A stretch of 64,000 bases of DNA from an uncultured Chloroflexia bacterium (lineage in GTDB: Bacteria > Chloroflexota > Dehalococcoidia > GIF9 > UBA5629): NCBI GenBank assembly GCA_963775935.1, contig CAVZKR010000005.1, forward strand, positions 209,211 through 273,210, read 5' to 3'. Shown in pieces: positions 10,178 through 18,559 of the stretch. Within the stretch, counting starts at the first letter, position 1. Each line of letters starts with the position of its first letter. The position numbers and the translations under genes were made by a program. The notes under the pieces are model-generated. The model was not told the origin of the DNA. It did no database searches and was given only the letters and a program-made list of their open reading frames with translations.

Positions 10178-10346
10178 TCTCCCTTGATCTCAGGTTTACC
10201 ACTACTTTGCGGTTTCTAATTGCATTCGCAGGATCTCAATACTGGGGCAAGTTTGCCCCAGTATCTTTTTATATTGTTACTCTTTCTGCAAGCTTGAATA
10301 TTAGTGATACTTTTAAACTGACCTTCTTTACCCGGCTACCGATACA

Positions 10347-11453
10347 TCATCGAATCTCTTTTGGCCCATTCGGTGATTTGATACCTTTCTCTATCTGCTT
10401 TTTCAGCCAATAGTCTCTTCTCTCTTTAATATAATTAATCCAGCTTTGGGCCTCCTTTTCAGAAAAACCACGGCCCACCATGTCTTTAATATATGTATCC
10501 ACGATGGGATAAGCTGCTTTTTGCCATCTTGCTTCTTCATCGGCTGATAGGTCAATAATTTCTACCCCTTTTTCTTTACAGTACTGATATCCTACTATAT
10601 CTTGATCGTTCCAGGCTATAGCCGCTTTCTCCACCCATTCAATGGCAACTTGATTAAAAATCGATTTTATATCTCCAGGCAGTTTATTCCAGGCAGACAC
10701 ATTCATAATCAAGACAAAATCAGCGCCAGTAAGTGCCGTCCAGCTCGTGGTAAAGTATTTAGTCGCATCAGCGACCCTAAATGTCTTGGCTGCTTCAAAA
10801 GGGTAAATTGCACCGTCAAGTACGCCCTTAGATAGAGCGTCATAGGTTTCTCCGGAAGGCGTAGCCATAGTTTCAGCGCCTAGCAATTTACCTATGTCAG
10901 CCTCTCGCCCCTGGCATCTCAATTTCTTGCCCTTTAAATCTTCCATTTTCCGGACAGGTGTTTTACTATAAATACCCGTGGGAGGATTAGCACTAATGAA
11001 AAGTACGTGGAATGAATCCCACTCTTTCGGTTTGAATTTGGCATAAAAGTCATTTGCCACGTGGGTTGATACCCAGGCGCCTGGACGACCGAGGACTACC
11101 GTATCTACTTCCATCACAGGGAAGCGCCCCGGAGTGTACGACAGACCCATATAACCAATATCGGCTAGTCCTTTTGATACACCATCAACCATGCTGCCTG
11201 GTTCTAACAACGCTCCACCTGGGAAGAAATTAAACTTTACTCTGCCGTTGGAGCGCTTTTCAATCTCTTTATCGAAGCCATCTATGTTCTGAGACATAGC
11301 ACTTGGCCCAGGGAAATGAACGGCTACCCTAAGCTCTATCGGTGTTGCTGATGAAGGTGATGCCGGCGCTCCGCAACCTGCAAGCATGATTACGACGATC
11401 AATCCTACTAGCAATAATGTGAAAACCGTTTTTTTCATAAATCCCACTTTCAT
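10347..11453 (-). CDS. dctP: TRAP transporter substrate-binding protein (DctP family), lipoprotein-type signal
   Basis: N-terminal signal with LAGC lipobox, DctP-like length and context. GGAAGGAG RBS upstream of the ATG at 11453. Confidence 0.8.
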   Translation of the reverse strand: MKVGFMKKTVFTLLLVGLIVVIMLAGCGAPASPSSATPIELRVAVHFPGPSAMSQNIDGFDKEIEKRSNGRVKFNFFPGGALLEPGSMVDGVSKGLADIGYMGLSYTPGRFPVMEVDTVVLGRPGAWVSTHVANDFYAKFKPKEWDSFHVLFISANPPTGIYSKTPVRKMEDLKGKKLRCQGREADIGKLLGAETMATPSGETYDALSKGVLDGAIYPFEAAKTFRVADATKYFTTSWTALTGADFVLIMNVSAWNKLPGDIKSIFNQVAIEWVEKAAIAWNDQDIVGYQYCKEKGVEIIDLSADEEARWQKAAYPIVDTYIKDMVGRGFSEKEAQSWINYIKERRDYWLKKQIEKGIKSPNGPKEIR

Positions 11454-11609
11454 TTTTTACTACGCTCCTTCCTTTATTTATATCTGACCTTAGTCAACTA
11501 TTTTTTTACATACTCACCCCCCATAATAAATTTATTTATACGATTTATTCAATTAGTCTTTTAATCCATTTTAGTCTATCAGAAATTCAGAACCAGCACA
11601 CTATTATAA

Positions 11610-12440
11610 TCAGCTTCGAGATAATATAATATCGCCCAAATATATATCTAATTTTGTTCGAACCTTTATCTTTCTTGTCTGGTAACCTAAATGTTCTATT
11701 TGGACTATATATTCAGTCTCTTTTGGCAATCCTTCAAATTCAAAATCGCCATAATTGTTTGTGGAAGTAGTTCTCTTTTCGTTTGAACCTGTTACAGTCA
11801 CAGCTACATTTTCGGCGCATTTGTCTGTATCTCCAAAAATTACGCTCCCGGCAATGAATCTTTTTGGTAGACCGATATATTTAACTCGCTCCTTGAGTCC
11901 ATACTCAGGATGTAGTATTTCTACTTTATCTTTTTCAAGCCGCTTTGAGATTTCACTATTCTGATCACTGAGATCCCCAAAAATCAGAGCATTATTTGGG
12001 CATACTTCAACGCACCTCGGTTCTTGCCACCCTTTATCAAGCAAGTGAGCGCAGAGTGTACATTTTTGAGGCAACATTTTTTGCTCATTCCAGTAAATTA
12101 CCTGATAAGGACAAGTAGAAAGCAGGTCTTTCCGCCCAATCGCCTTCACTGGATCAATTATCACTATACCGTCAGGACGTTTATAAACAGCGTCATCTCC
12201 CGGTCGAATACATGGCGCATTGTCGCAGTGCATGCAGGGAATACTGGTATATGCAACTTTAACTTTAGGAAATGTCCCGCGTTCGTGTTCCAGTACCCTC
12301 ATCCAGAAATGCCCCGAATACGGTTGAGCAGCAGAATATGGCAAATAATCATTGCCGCAGAATTCATCACGGCAGGCTAAAAAGCAGGCATAACAGCCAT
12401 TACATCTGTTCTCATCTATCAGCAATCCATATTTCGCCAT
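11610..12440 (-). CDS. 4Fe-4S ferredoxin-type beta subunit of a DMSO-reductase-family enzyme, BthL-like with C-terminal CarboxypepD_reg-like beta-sandwich
   Basis: Motifs CNGCYACFLAC, CMHCDNAPC and CTLCAHLL...CVEVCP. The C-terminal GDFEFEGLPKETEYIVQIE tail resembles the recalled small subunit of Pelobacter pyrogallol transhydroxylase. Confidence 0.8.
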   Translation of the reverse strand: MAKYGLLIDENRCNGCYACFLACRDEFCGNDYLPYSAAQPYSGHFWMRVLEHERGTFPKVKVAYTSIPCMHCDNAPCIRPGDDAVYKRPDGIVIIDPVKAIGRKDLLSTCPYQVIYWNEQKMLPQKCTLCAHLLDKGWQEPRCVEVCPNNALIFGDLSDQNSEISKRLEKDKVEILHPEYGLKERVKYIGLPKRFIAGSVIFGDTDKCAENVAVTVTGSNEKRTTSTNNYGDFEFEGLPKETEYIVQIEHLGYQTRKIKVRTKLDIYLGDIILSRS

Positions 12441-12443
12441 CGC

Positions 12444-14954
12444 TTATACATCCCACTTCTCGATTTCAATAAGGCACGAGTTGGGCGACATACCAGGAAC
12501 ATTTTTGGACATAAGGCGGTCAGAAGTAAGCATATTCATACAGCCTCCCCGGTCCATACTGTATGGTTTGCCGGGTTCTACTGGGTCGTATTTGCCAGAG
12601 GAGCAATAGCTGTGTATTACTCCCGGCCTTATTCTTTCTGTGACCAATGCTCCTCCCAGAACAGAAGCACGATCGTTATAAAGCCTGATAATATCTCCAG
12701 TTTTGATTTTTCTGGCTTCGGCATCTTTTGGATGAATTCTCACCGTCCAATAGTAATATCCGTTATTGGGGATGCGATGTCCTGGTATATGATTCACCCA
12801 GGAACCTTCCTTATCGAAATGACTGTGGAAGGTATACCTTGGATGTGGTGTAATCAGCTGGAGCGGATACTGCTTTGCCAGTTCAGATGTATGACCTTCC
12901 CAGCTTGGAATATACTGAGGCAGCGGTGCCCTTTCTTTATCATCTGGAGTAAATTTCTTCAAGCTTTCAGACACAAACTCTATTTTCCCGCTGAGTGTTC
13001 CCAGTTCATGGGCTTTGTCTGTACCTAACTTGGGATTGTTGCTATCGCTGGTATCACATGGCCTGCCCTCATAAAACCAGCGCAATGCTGGTGTCGATTT
13101 ATAGTTGTCCTGGAGCGGAATAACATAGTACGTTTTCTTCTTAAATTCTTCCCAGGATATATATTTCGGAAGGTCTGAAATATCAAAATATGCCTTGATC
13201 CAATCTTCTTCCGATTTTCCTCCATCAGAAAATTCATCCCAGACACCCAATCGCTTCGCCAGTTGAGAAAATATCCAGTAATCGGATTTCGATTCACCAA
13301 GGGGGTCGATGCATTTCTGCTCCAGAACGACAACCTGGTAATTGCAGCCACTACTATTCCATTTTACATAGCCTCCTGTTTCTCCAAATTCCGCTATATC
13401 ATTTCGTTCCAGGTTAGTGCAAGCAGGTAAAATGATATCGGCAAACCTGGTTTCGGTATGCCACCAGCAATCCTGGGTTACTACGATGTCCAGTTTCGGG
13501 CTCTGAAACATCTTTACCATCTTGTTCCCTTCAGTCATGGTCCCCAGAGAAGGACCCCCGTACCGGTAGAGCATTTTGATCTCGGAGTAACCCGGCATGG
13601 GATAAACAAACTTTTTGAACTGCTGCTCTATCGATTGACCGCAGAATCCTTCTCCCATCCACTCAACCTTGTCCTTCAAGATGGAGTCCGGCAGCAATAT
13701 CCGGTAGAGGCGCTGTTCAACAGGATTGATAGCCTTCTTCTTGGCTGCTCGTGTGAAACTCATCATGCCATCAAGATCGGCATAACCAGGGAAAAATACA
13801 TTGCAATTATGCGGGGCACCATTCTCGTTTCCCCATAAATTAACCCCCGGTTTGCCCAAACCCTGCATAGCCTGGAGCAATACGCATAGCCTCGCCCATT
13901 CATGACCGTAAGCGGCTCTACATGCTCCACCCAACCCGCTGCCAACAAACATAGTCCTCTTCGATGCCCATTCCTGGGCAAGCGCCTCTATTGTTCGATG
14001 AGATATGCCTGTTATTTCTTCAGCCCATTTCGTTGTTTTCGGTCTTCCATCCTTTTTTCCGGTTACATAGTCACTGAACTCTTCAAACCCGATAGTCCGC
14101 TTTGATATATAGTCCTTATCGTAGGTATTTTCTTTGATCCAGACATAAGCAATCCCCAACGCCAACGCGGCATCGGTTCCGGGCCTCAACGGTATCCACT
14201 TATCAGCCATAATCGATGCCGTATAGTTGCAGAAAGGGTCAATAAATATCTGCTTCTTGCCCGATTCTTTGAGCCACTGCCACCAGATATTGGATTCCAT
14301 CCCACAGTAAGCTGCGCAAGTGGTATCGGGGTCAATCGCCCAATAAACTATCACCTCCGAGTTTTTTAAAGCATCTTCGAGGAGATCGTTCTGCTCTGAC
14401 ATTCCCAGCCTCCAATAAAACCCATAAACATGAGTGGCGCCCCAGTGCCAGCCTTCCCAGCTGTCCGGATTATGCAGAACTTCAGTAAAACCAATAGTAT
14501 TAAAAAATCTAAAATATCCGCCGAATCGGTAACCCACGATTCCCCAGTTATGATGGTCCTGATCGAGCGCTCCGATGGCCGAAGGCCCGTATTTTTCCCT
14601 GATCCTCTTCATTTCACTGGAGACGATATTGAGTGCCTCATCCCAGCTGATACGGACATAGCCCGATTTTCCTCTTGTTTCATGGTGTCTATTGCCAGCA
14701 GGATCAAAATCAACCCGTTTCATCGGGTAAAGAATTCTATCTTTAGAATATATCTGCGTCCTTGCTGCCATGATATAGCGGTTAACTTTGATCTTTTTTG
14801 GAGGTGAGAATTTTTTACCGTTAGACTCGATAGTCCAGGGTTTGAGGTCTTGTTTGTCGATTTGGAGGGGACGTATCCTGGTTATTTTACCGTTATTAAC
14901 GTAAACCGAAACGGGACCGCTAATGAGACAATTTGTGAAAATCTTTTCCCTCAC
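12444..14954 (-). CDS. Molybdopterin oxidoreductase alpha subunit, pyrogallol-phloroglucinol transhydroxylase (AthL)-like
   Basis: Motifs NPDSWEGWHWGATH, ILPACTNLERNDIAEF and a C-terminal IEIEKWDV match recalled AthL. No N-terminal Fe-S Cys motif. Start set at GTG 14954 (GGGGG RBS 6 nt upstream). The longer ORF to 15020 would overlap the predicted promoter. Confidence 0.8.
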   Translation of the reverse strand: MREKIFTNCLISGPVSVYVNNGKITRIRPLQIDKQDLKPWTIESNGKKFSPPKKIKVNRYIMAARTQIYSKDRILYPMKRVDFDPAGNRHHETRGKSGYVRISWDEALNIVSSEMKRIREKYGPSAIGALDQDHHNWGIVGYRFGGYFRFFNTIGFTEVLHNPDSWEGWHWGATHVYGFYWRLGMSEQNDLLEDALKNSEVIVYWAIDPDTTCAAYCGMESNIWWQWLKESGKKQIFIDPFCNYTASIMADKWIPLRPGTDAALALGIAYVWIKENTYDKDYISKRTIGFEEFSDYVTGKKDGRPKTTKWAEEITGISHRTIEALAQEWASKRTMFVGSGLGGACRAAYGHEWARLCVLLQAMQGLGKPGVNLWGNENGAPHNCNVFFPGYADLDGMMSFTRAAKKKAINPVEQRLYRILLPDSILKDKVEWMGEGFCGQSIEQQFKKFVYPMPGYSEIKMLYRYGGPSLGTMTEGNKMVKMFQSPKLDIVVTQDCWWHTETRFADIILPACTNLERNDIAEFGETGGYVKWNSSGCNYQVVVLEQKCIDPLGESKSDYWIFSQLAKRLGVWDEFSDGGKSEEDWIKAYFDISDLPKYISWEEFKKKTYYVIPLQDNYKSTPALRWFYEGRPCDTSDSNNPKLGTDKAHELGTLSGKIEFVSESLKKFTPDDKERAPLPQYIPSWEGHTSELAKQYPLQLITPHPRYTFHSHFDKEGSWVNHIPGHRIPNNGYYYWTVRIHPKDAEARKIKTGDIIRLYNDRASVLGGALVTERIRPGVIHSYCSSGKYDPVEPGKPYSMDRGGCMNMLTSDRLMSKNVPGMSPNSCLIEIEKWDV

Positions 14955-14991
14955 AAACAACCCCCAATTGATTATAATAAATATATTTTGC

Positions 14992-15020
14992 ATAATATCA
15001 ATAATTATTTTTATTGTCAA
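14992..15020 (-). promoter_or_regulatory. Sigma70-like promoter for the molybdoenzyme-TRAP operon
   Basis: On the minus strand: TTGACA (15020-15015), a 17-nt spacer, then TATTAT (14997-14992), about 35 nt upstream of the GTG start. Confidence 0.45.
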
Positions 15021-15062
15021 TATATGGAAATTACTATATAATAAAAACTTAATTTACCATTG

Positions 15063-15091
15063 TTGACTACGAATTTAGGCAGTCTTAAAAT
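15063..15091 (+). promoter_or_regulatory. Sigma70-like promoter for the divergent IclR gene (possibly leaderless mRNA)
   Basis: TTGACT (15063-15068), a 17-nt spacer, then TAAAAT (15086-15091). The ATG at 15099 lies only 7 nt downstream. Confidence 0.35.
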
Positions 15092-15098
15092 ATTATCC

Positions 15099-15842
15099 AT
15101 GTCTACAGTAAATAAAATCATCACAATTTTACAGATCTTTTTAGATTATAAAGAGCCAATCAGTATTGGTGAATTATCAAAATTATCCGGGCTGAAGGCC
15201 AGTACGTTATATAGGGTCATCTTGCCTCTGCGAAAAGAAGGATACATCAACCGTCAAACTAAGAGCAGCAAATACACTATTGGTCCCAAATTTTTAGAAT
15301 TTGGAAACCTTGCAAGAGGTCTATTAGATATTCAAAATATAGCAAAGCCCTATTTGGTAAAACTACATGATCTTATCGACGAAAGCATTCAAGTTGCTAC
15401 TTCTAATGGAGAAATAGCTATCTGTAAACTCATTTTACATGGTACTCAGAAGTTAAGAATTGTGATGGGTACAGATGCGGAATTTCCACTCTATTGTACT
15501 GGAATCGGGAAAATATTCTTATCCCACATGACAAACTTAGAACTTGAGAGATACTTTACAAAACAAGGCACCTTAAATAAATACACAGCTATTACAATTA
15601 TCAAGCTTCCGCGATTAAAAAAACACCTTTTAAAAATAAGAAGAAACGACGTTTCTATTGACCAGGAAGAATATATTACAGGAATCATAGAAATTGCGGT
15701 TCCTTTGAAGAATAGTGTTGGGCGAATTGTAGCGGCAATTGGAATTTTATTACCTTCTTCTCGAGCTACAAAAGAACGAATATCCGAATTGACCACCTTG
15801 CTTAAACAAACTGCGCTAGATATTTCTATGGTATTAAAGTAG
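15099..15842 (+). CDS. IclR family transcriptional regulator
   Basis: N-terminal wHTH (ILQIFLDYKEPISIGELSKLSGLKASTLYRVILPLRKEGYI) and a C-terminal IclR effector domain. Divergent from the molybdoenzyme operon. A TTG at 15060 is an alternative start. Confidence 0.8.
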   Translation: MSTVNKIITILQIFLDYKEPISIGELSKLSGLKASTLYRVILPLRKEGYINRQTKSSKYTIGPKFLEFGNLARGLLDIQNIAKPYLVKLHDLIDESIQVATSNGEIAICKLILHGTQKLRIVMGTDAEFPLYCTGIGKIFLSHMTNLELERYFTKQGTLNKYTAITIIKLPRLKKHLLKIRRNDVSIDQEEYITGIIEIAVPLKNSVGRIVAAIGILLPSSRATKERISELTTLLKQTALDISMVLK

Positions 15843-16023
15843 TGTATGTATGCAAGAGCCAATCGAAGACGTATATTCCCATTAATTTAAGTTCTATATT
15901 GTACGTTACTTTTAATAATAATTTGATTAAGAAGAGCTAAAACCTACCCAAAAATTTTATAGGCGTAATAGAGAATATTCTTATCATAATATAATTTATA
16001 TTATTTTGGAGGGCGGTTTTTAT

Positions 16024-17175
16024 ATGAACAATTACATTGGTATGCCAAAAGGTGCTTCCGTTGCTATCAGCGACTTACTTGATAATTGCGCAAAAATTCA
16101 GCAAGGTCAAGAAGTCTTATTGCTAGGCCATATCGATGGTCTTTATGGGGGGGATAACTTAATTGACGAGGTTGCTATATCTTGGATTCAAAATGCAATA
16201 CAAGCTCGTGGTGCTCATGCGTCAGTTCTTTGGATTGATGAACCTGGAAAAGCCCATGCGTGGCGGTTTCCTCCTATAGTTAAAGCTGCTATGTCAGCAT
16301 GCGATGTATTAATAAATCACTCTTTTAATATTACGACCGAAGAAATAATGGAATTTAGACAGTATATAAGGGAAAGGCGAATACCCATGGTGCGTAATTT
16401 TGCCACCACGGCACCTTTATTGTGTACTGCCTGGGCACAAACCCCCCATGAGCTTGTAAGTGAAATCCGTTACCAGTCGTCTCTACCAATTAAAGCAGGT
16501 TCAAAATGGCAATTGACTGATGAAAACGGCTCTCATCTAGAAGGCATTATCATGCCATTAGACGACCCCTTTTTCCCCACTTATTCATCGCGACGTGAAG
16601 AGGCAGGCTATTACCGACCGTGGCCAGAATGGGTGCATCCACCTATAAGAGTTTCTAATACTAATGGTATTTTTATTTTTAACAGTATGTTAAGCTGGTG
16701 GTCTCGCTATATTGGTATTTCACCTTTCTTCGAGAACTCTATTCGGTTAACCATTGATAATTGCCGTATTACTGATATAGCAGGCGGTGAAGAAGCTACG
16801 GCTTTACGGCAATTTTTGAATATGATGGCAGCGCGATTAGGTAATGGTGTTTATGATTTTAATGCTTTGCATTTTGGGGTCCATCCACAAGCAAATGTGG
16901 GAGCACACCAATGTCCGAATATTCTTTATCGGCGCTTAATAGAACATTCACATACATGTAATATTCATGTTCATATTGGTGCCCCACCGTCAAACCCAAA
17001 TTATCCATATTGGATGCATTGTACCGGGGACATACGAACAGCAACATTTCGTGTAGGTGACACAATTATACATGATCACGGGCATTTGACCGTTCTATCT
17101 CATCCATCTGTACTTGCTATCTCCAAAAAATATCCTGATAGGCCGGGATTGAATGCTGAACCCAGATCTTTCTGA
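16024..17175 (+). CDS. Hypothetical protein, possibly aminopeptidase-T (M29) fold / NicX-like
   Basis: GGAGGG RBS 10 nt upstream of the ATG at 16024. His-rich C-terminal region (EHSHTCNIHVHIG...HDHGH). The family guess comes from overall pattern only. Confidence 0.4.
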   Translation: MNNYIGMPKGASVAISDLLDNCAKIQQGQEVLLLGHIDGLYGGDNLIDEVAISWIQNAIQARGAHASVLWIDEPGKAHAWRFPPIVKAAMSACDVLINHSFNITTEEIMEFRQYIRERRIPMVRNFATTAPLLCTAWAQTPHELVSEIRYQSSLPIKAGSKWQLTDENGSHLEGIIMPLDDPFFPTYSSRREEAGYYRPWPEWVHPPIRVSNTNGIFIFNSMLSWWSRYIGISPFFENSIRLTIDNCRITDIAGGEEATALRQFLNMMAARLGNGVYDFNALHFGVHPQANVGAHQCPNILYRRLIEHSHTCNIHVHIGAPPSNPNYPYWMHCTGDIRTATFRVGDTIIHDHGHLTVLSHPSVLAISKKYPDRPGLNAEPRSF

Positions 17176-17351
17176 TTATAGTTCAAACAAGTGCTGCTAC
17201 CTTATATCACACTCACCTCACAGTTTTTGCAGTTTTTATGACTTTGAGCGAAAATATGACTTAGGTGAGCCTCAAGGTGACCTACTGAGCCGGTTCAGAA
17301 AGTGGTGCCGCTCAGATTCGAAAGAGGGGAGGTTTTAAGCTAAACCAAATA

Positions 17352-17398
17352 CCTGTCTTACACACAGGAGGTCACAGGTCCAAATCCTGTATCGCCCA
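17352..17398 (+). repeat. Direct repeat: exact copy of tRNA-Val(TAC) positions 27-73 (att-like), followed by CCA
   Basis: 47/47 identity to 7477-7523, read directly from the sequence. Confidence 0.9.
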
Positions 17399-17509
17399 CC
17401 AGTTTTTGAAGCTAATATCCGCCAATTAGAAATTTTACTAGGCTACTTTTTCACAAATAGCTAACGGATAGCTAACCAAGATTTCTGGTAAGCCCGTTTT
17501 CAGGTGTGG

Positions 17510-17790
17510 CTACAAAAACTCCGTCAAAGCGGGCAGCTCAGCTTCTTGAAGACCGGGTGCGACATGGCTATAGGTATCGAGAGTTATTTGGATACTGGAA
17601 TGTCCTACCTCTCTTGCACAATCTTTGGGTGTACTCCTTGTTTCAGCATTAATGACGCATGAGTATGCCTTGCATCGTGCAGCCGAATATACTTGAGCCC
17701 AGTTCTTTTAACCAGCTTGCCCCAAGCGTGTGTAATACTATCTGGTCGTAATGGAGTTCCGTCTAGGTGGCTAAATACAAGGTCATCATC
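17510..17790 (-). pseudogene. Tyrosine recombinase/integrase, C-terminal third (catalytic HxxR..H..Y region), one frameshift
   Basis: Translated by hand: KDDDLVFSHLDGTPLRPDSITHAWGKLVKRTGLKYIRLHDARHTHASLMLKQGVHPKIVQER / (frame shift) GHSSIQITLDTYSHVAPGLQEA... No N-terminal part is adjacent. Confidence 0.75.
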
Positions 17791-17825
17791 CTTTTATATT
17801 AGAATCAAATTGGAAATTTTGCTTT

Positions 17826-17852
17826 ATAGTTGGATGGGCTATATAAAGTACA
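17826..17852 (+). repeat. 27-nt direct repeat copy 1 (ATAGTTGGATGGGCTATATAAAGTACA)
   Basis: 26/27 identity with 21802-21828. Lies 36 nt from the truncation point of the integrase remnant. Confidence 0.8.
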
Positions 17853-18212
17853 CGAAGAAGTCATTTTAAGGCTTTTTACGGCTAGATTCTAGCCTAAGGT
17901 TGAAGTAGAATCTGATTCAGTTCCAACTAATCTCCAATCTGACATTAATTAGGATGATTTGGCCTATCGTTCCGGTGGGTCTTTTTATAAGAGTCTACCT
18001 GCTGAGAGCGTGCTTTTAAATTTACGTGTATTCCTAAATTGCGTCTTCAAAGCTGATGGACTATGGGGTTTCAAGAAATACTACCACCTGAGGCATGCAG
18101 AGTTAATGTTTCAAATTTCACATCCGCCGAAAATATGTAACTAATTTTATTCAATGCCAGCCATGCCAGAATCTACAAAGTAGTAGTTTTACTTTTACTC
18201 ACATTGTGACTT

Positions 18213-18521
18213 TTAAAGAGTTATTGTATCCACTGAGAGCTTTAAATTCTTAATGCGATAACGTATTTGGCCAGAGTACACGACTTCAAAAGCACCTGTT
18301 TTCCCCGGCTCTAATCGCCTTACGGTATCGGTCTCTGAGTCGATATAGTTACCACTGGCATCGTAGTAATCGGCTTTAACCACGGCAGTAAGGTTTGATT
18401 TCGAGCTGATATTTTTCACGGTTCCTGCGGCAAACATATCGCCAAACATACTTGTAGATATTTCGTAATTAATTATTTGTATGTCTCCATCGGGAGATGT
18501 TATCACTTGTGGTTTTTCCAT
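18213..18521 (-). CDS. Small beta-sandwich protein, FxLYD-domain-like
   Basis: 102 aa, 38 nt downstream of the AthL-like gene. The pattern GTVKNISSKSNLTAVVKADYYDASGNYI...LEPGKTGAFEV resembles FxLYD domains. Confidence 0.5.
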   Translation of the reverse strand: MEKPQVITSPDGDIQIINYEISTSMFGDMFAAGTVKNISSKSNLTAVVKADYYDASGNYIDSETDTVRRLEPGKTGAFEVVYSGQIRYRIKNLKLSVDTITL

Positions 18522-18559
18522 ATTTATCCTGCTTTACTACTCGAGATGAAGGCTTTCAA

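Larger units (their letters stand above)
7524..17398. mobile_element. Putative integrated segment 1 at tRNA-Val(TAC)
   Basis: Bounded by the intact tRNA and an exact 47-nt direct copy of its 3' part. Begins with a decayed tyrosine integrase and is AT-richer than the flanks by eye. Confidence 0.55.

Noticed and set aside
12444-15020. The full 858-aa ORF start (TTG 15020) for the AthL-like gene.
   Set aside because: The extra N-terminus (MTIKIIIDIMQNIFIIINW...) is AT-rich nonsense that overlaps a good TTGACA-17-TATTAT promoter. The GTG at 14954 has a GGGGG RBS and gives an AthL-like N-terminus.
17153-17338. Small ORFs next to att copies (17153-17338, 21940-22149, 17959-18144) and the one upstream of the AH-like gene (31034-31273).
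   Set aside because: They have no RBS, overlap tRNA-derived repeats or intergenic leaders, and their amino-acid composition is not protein-like.
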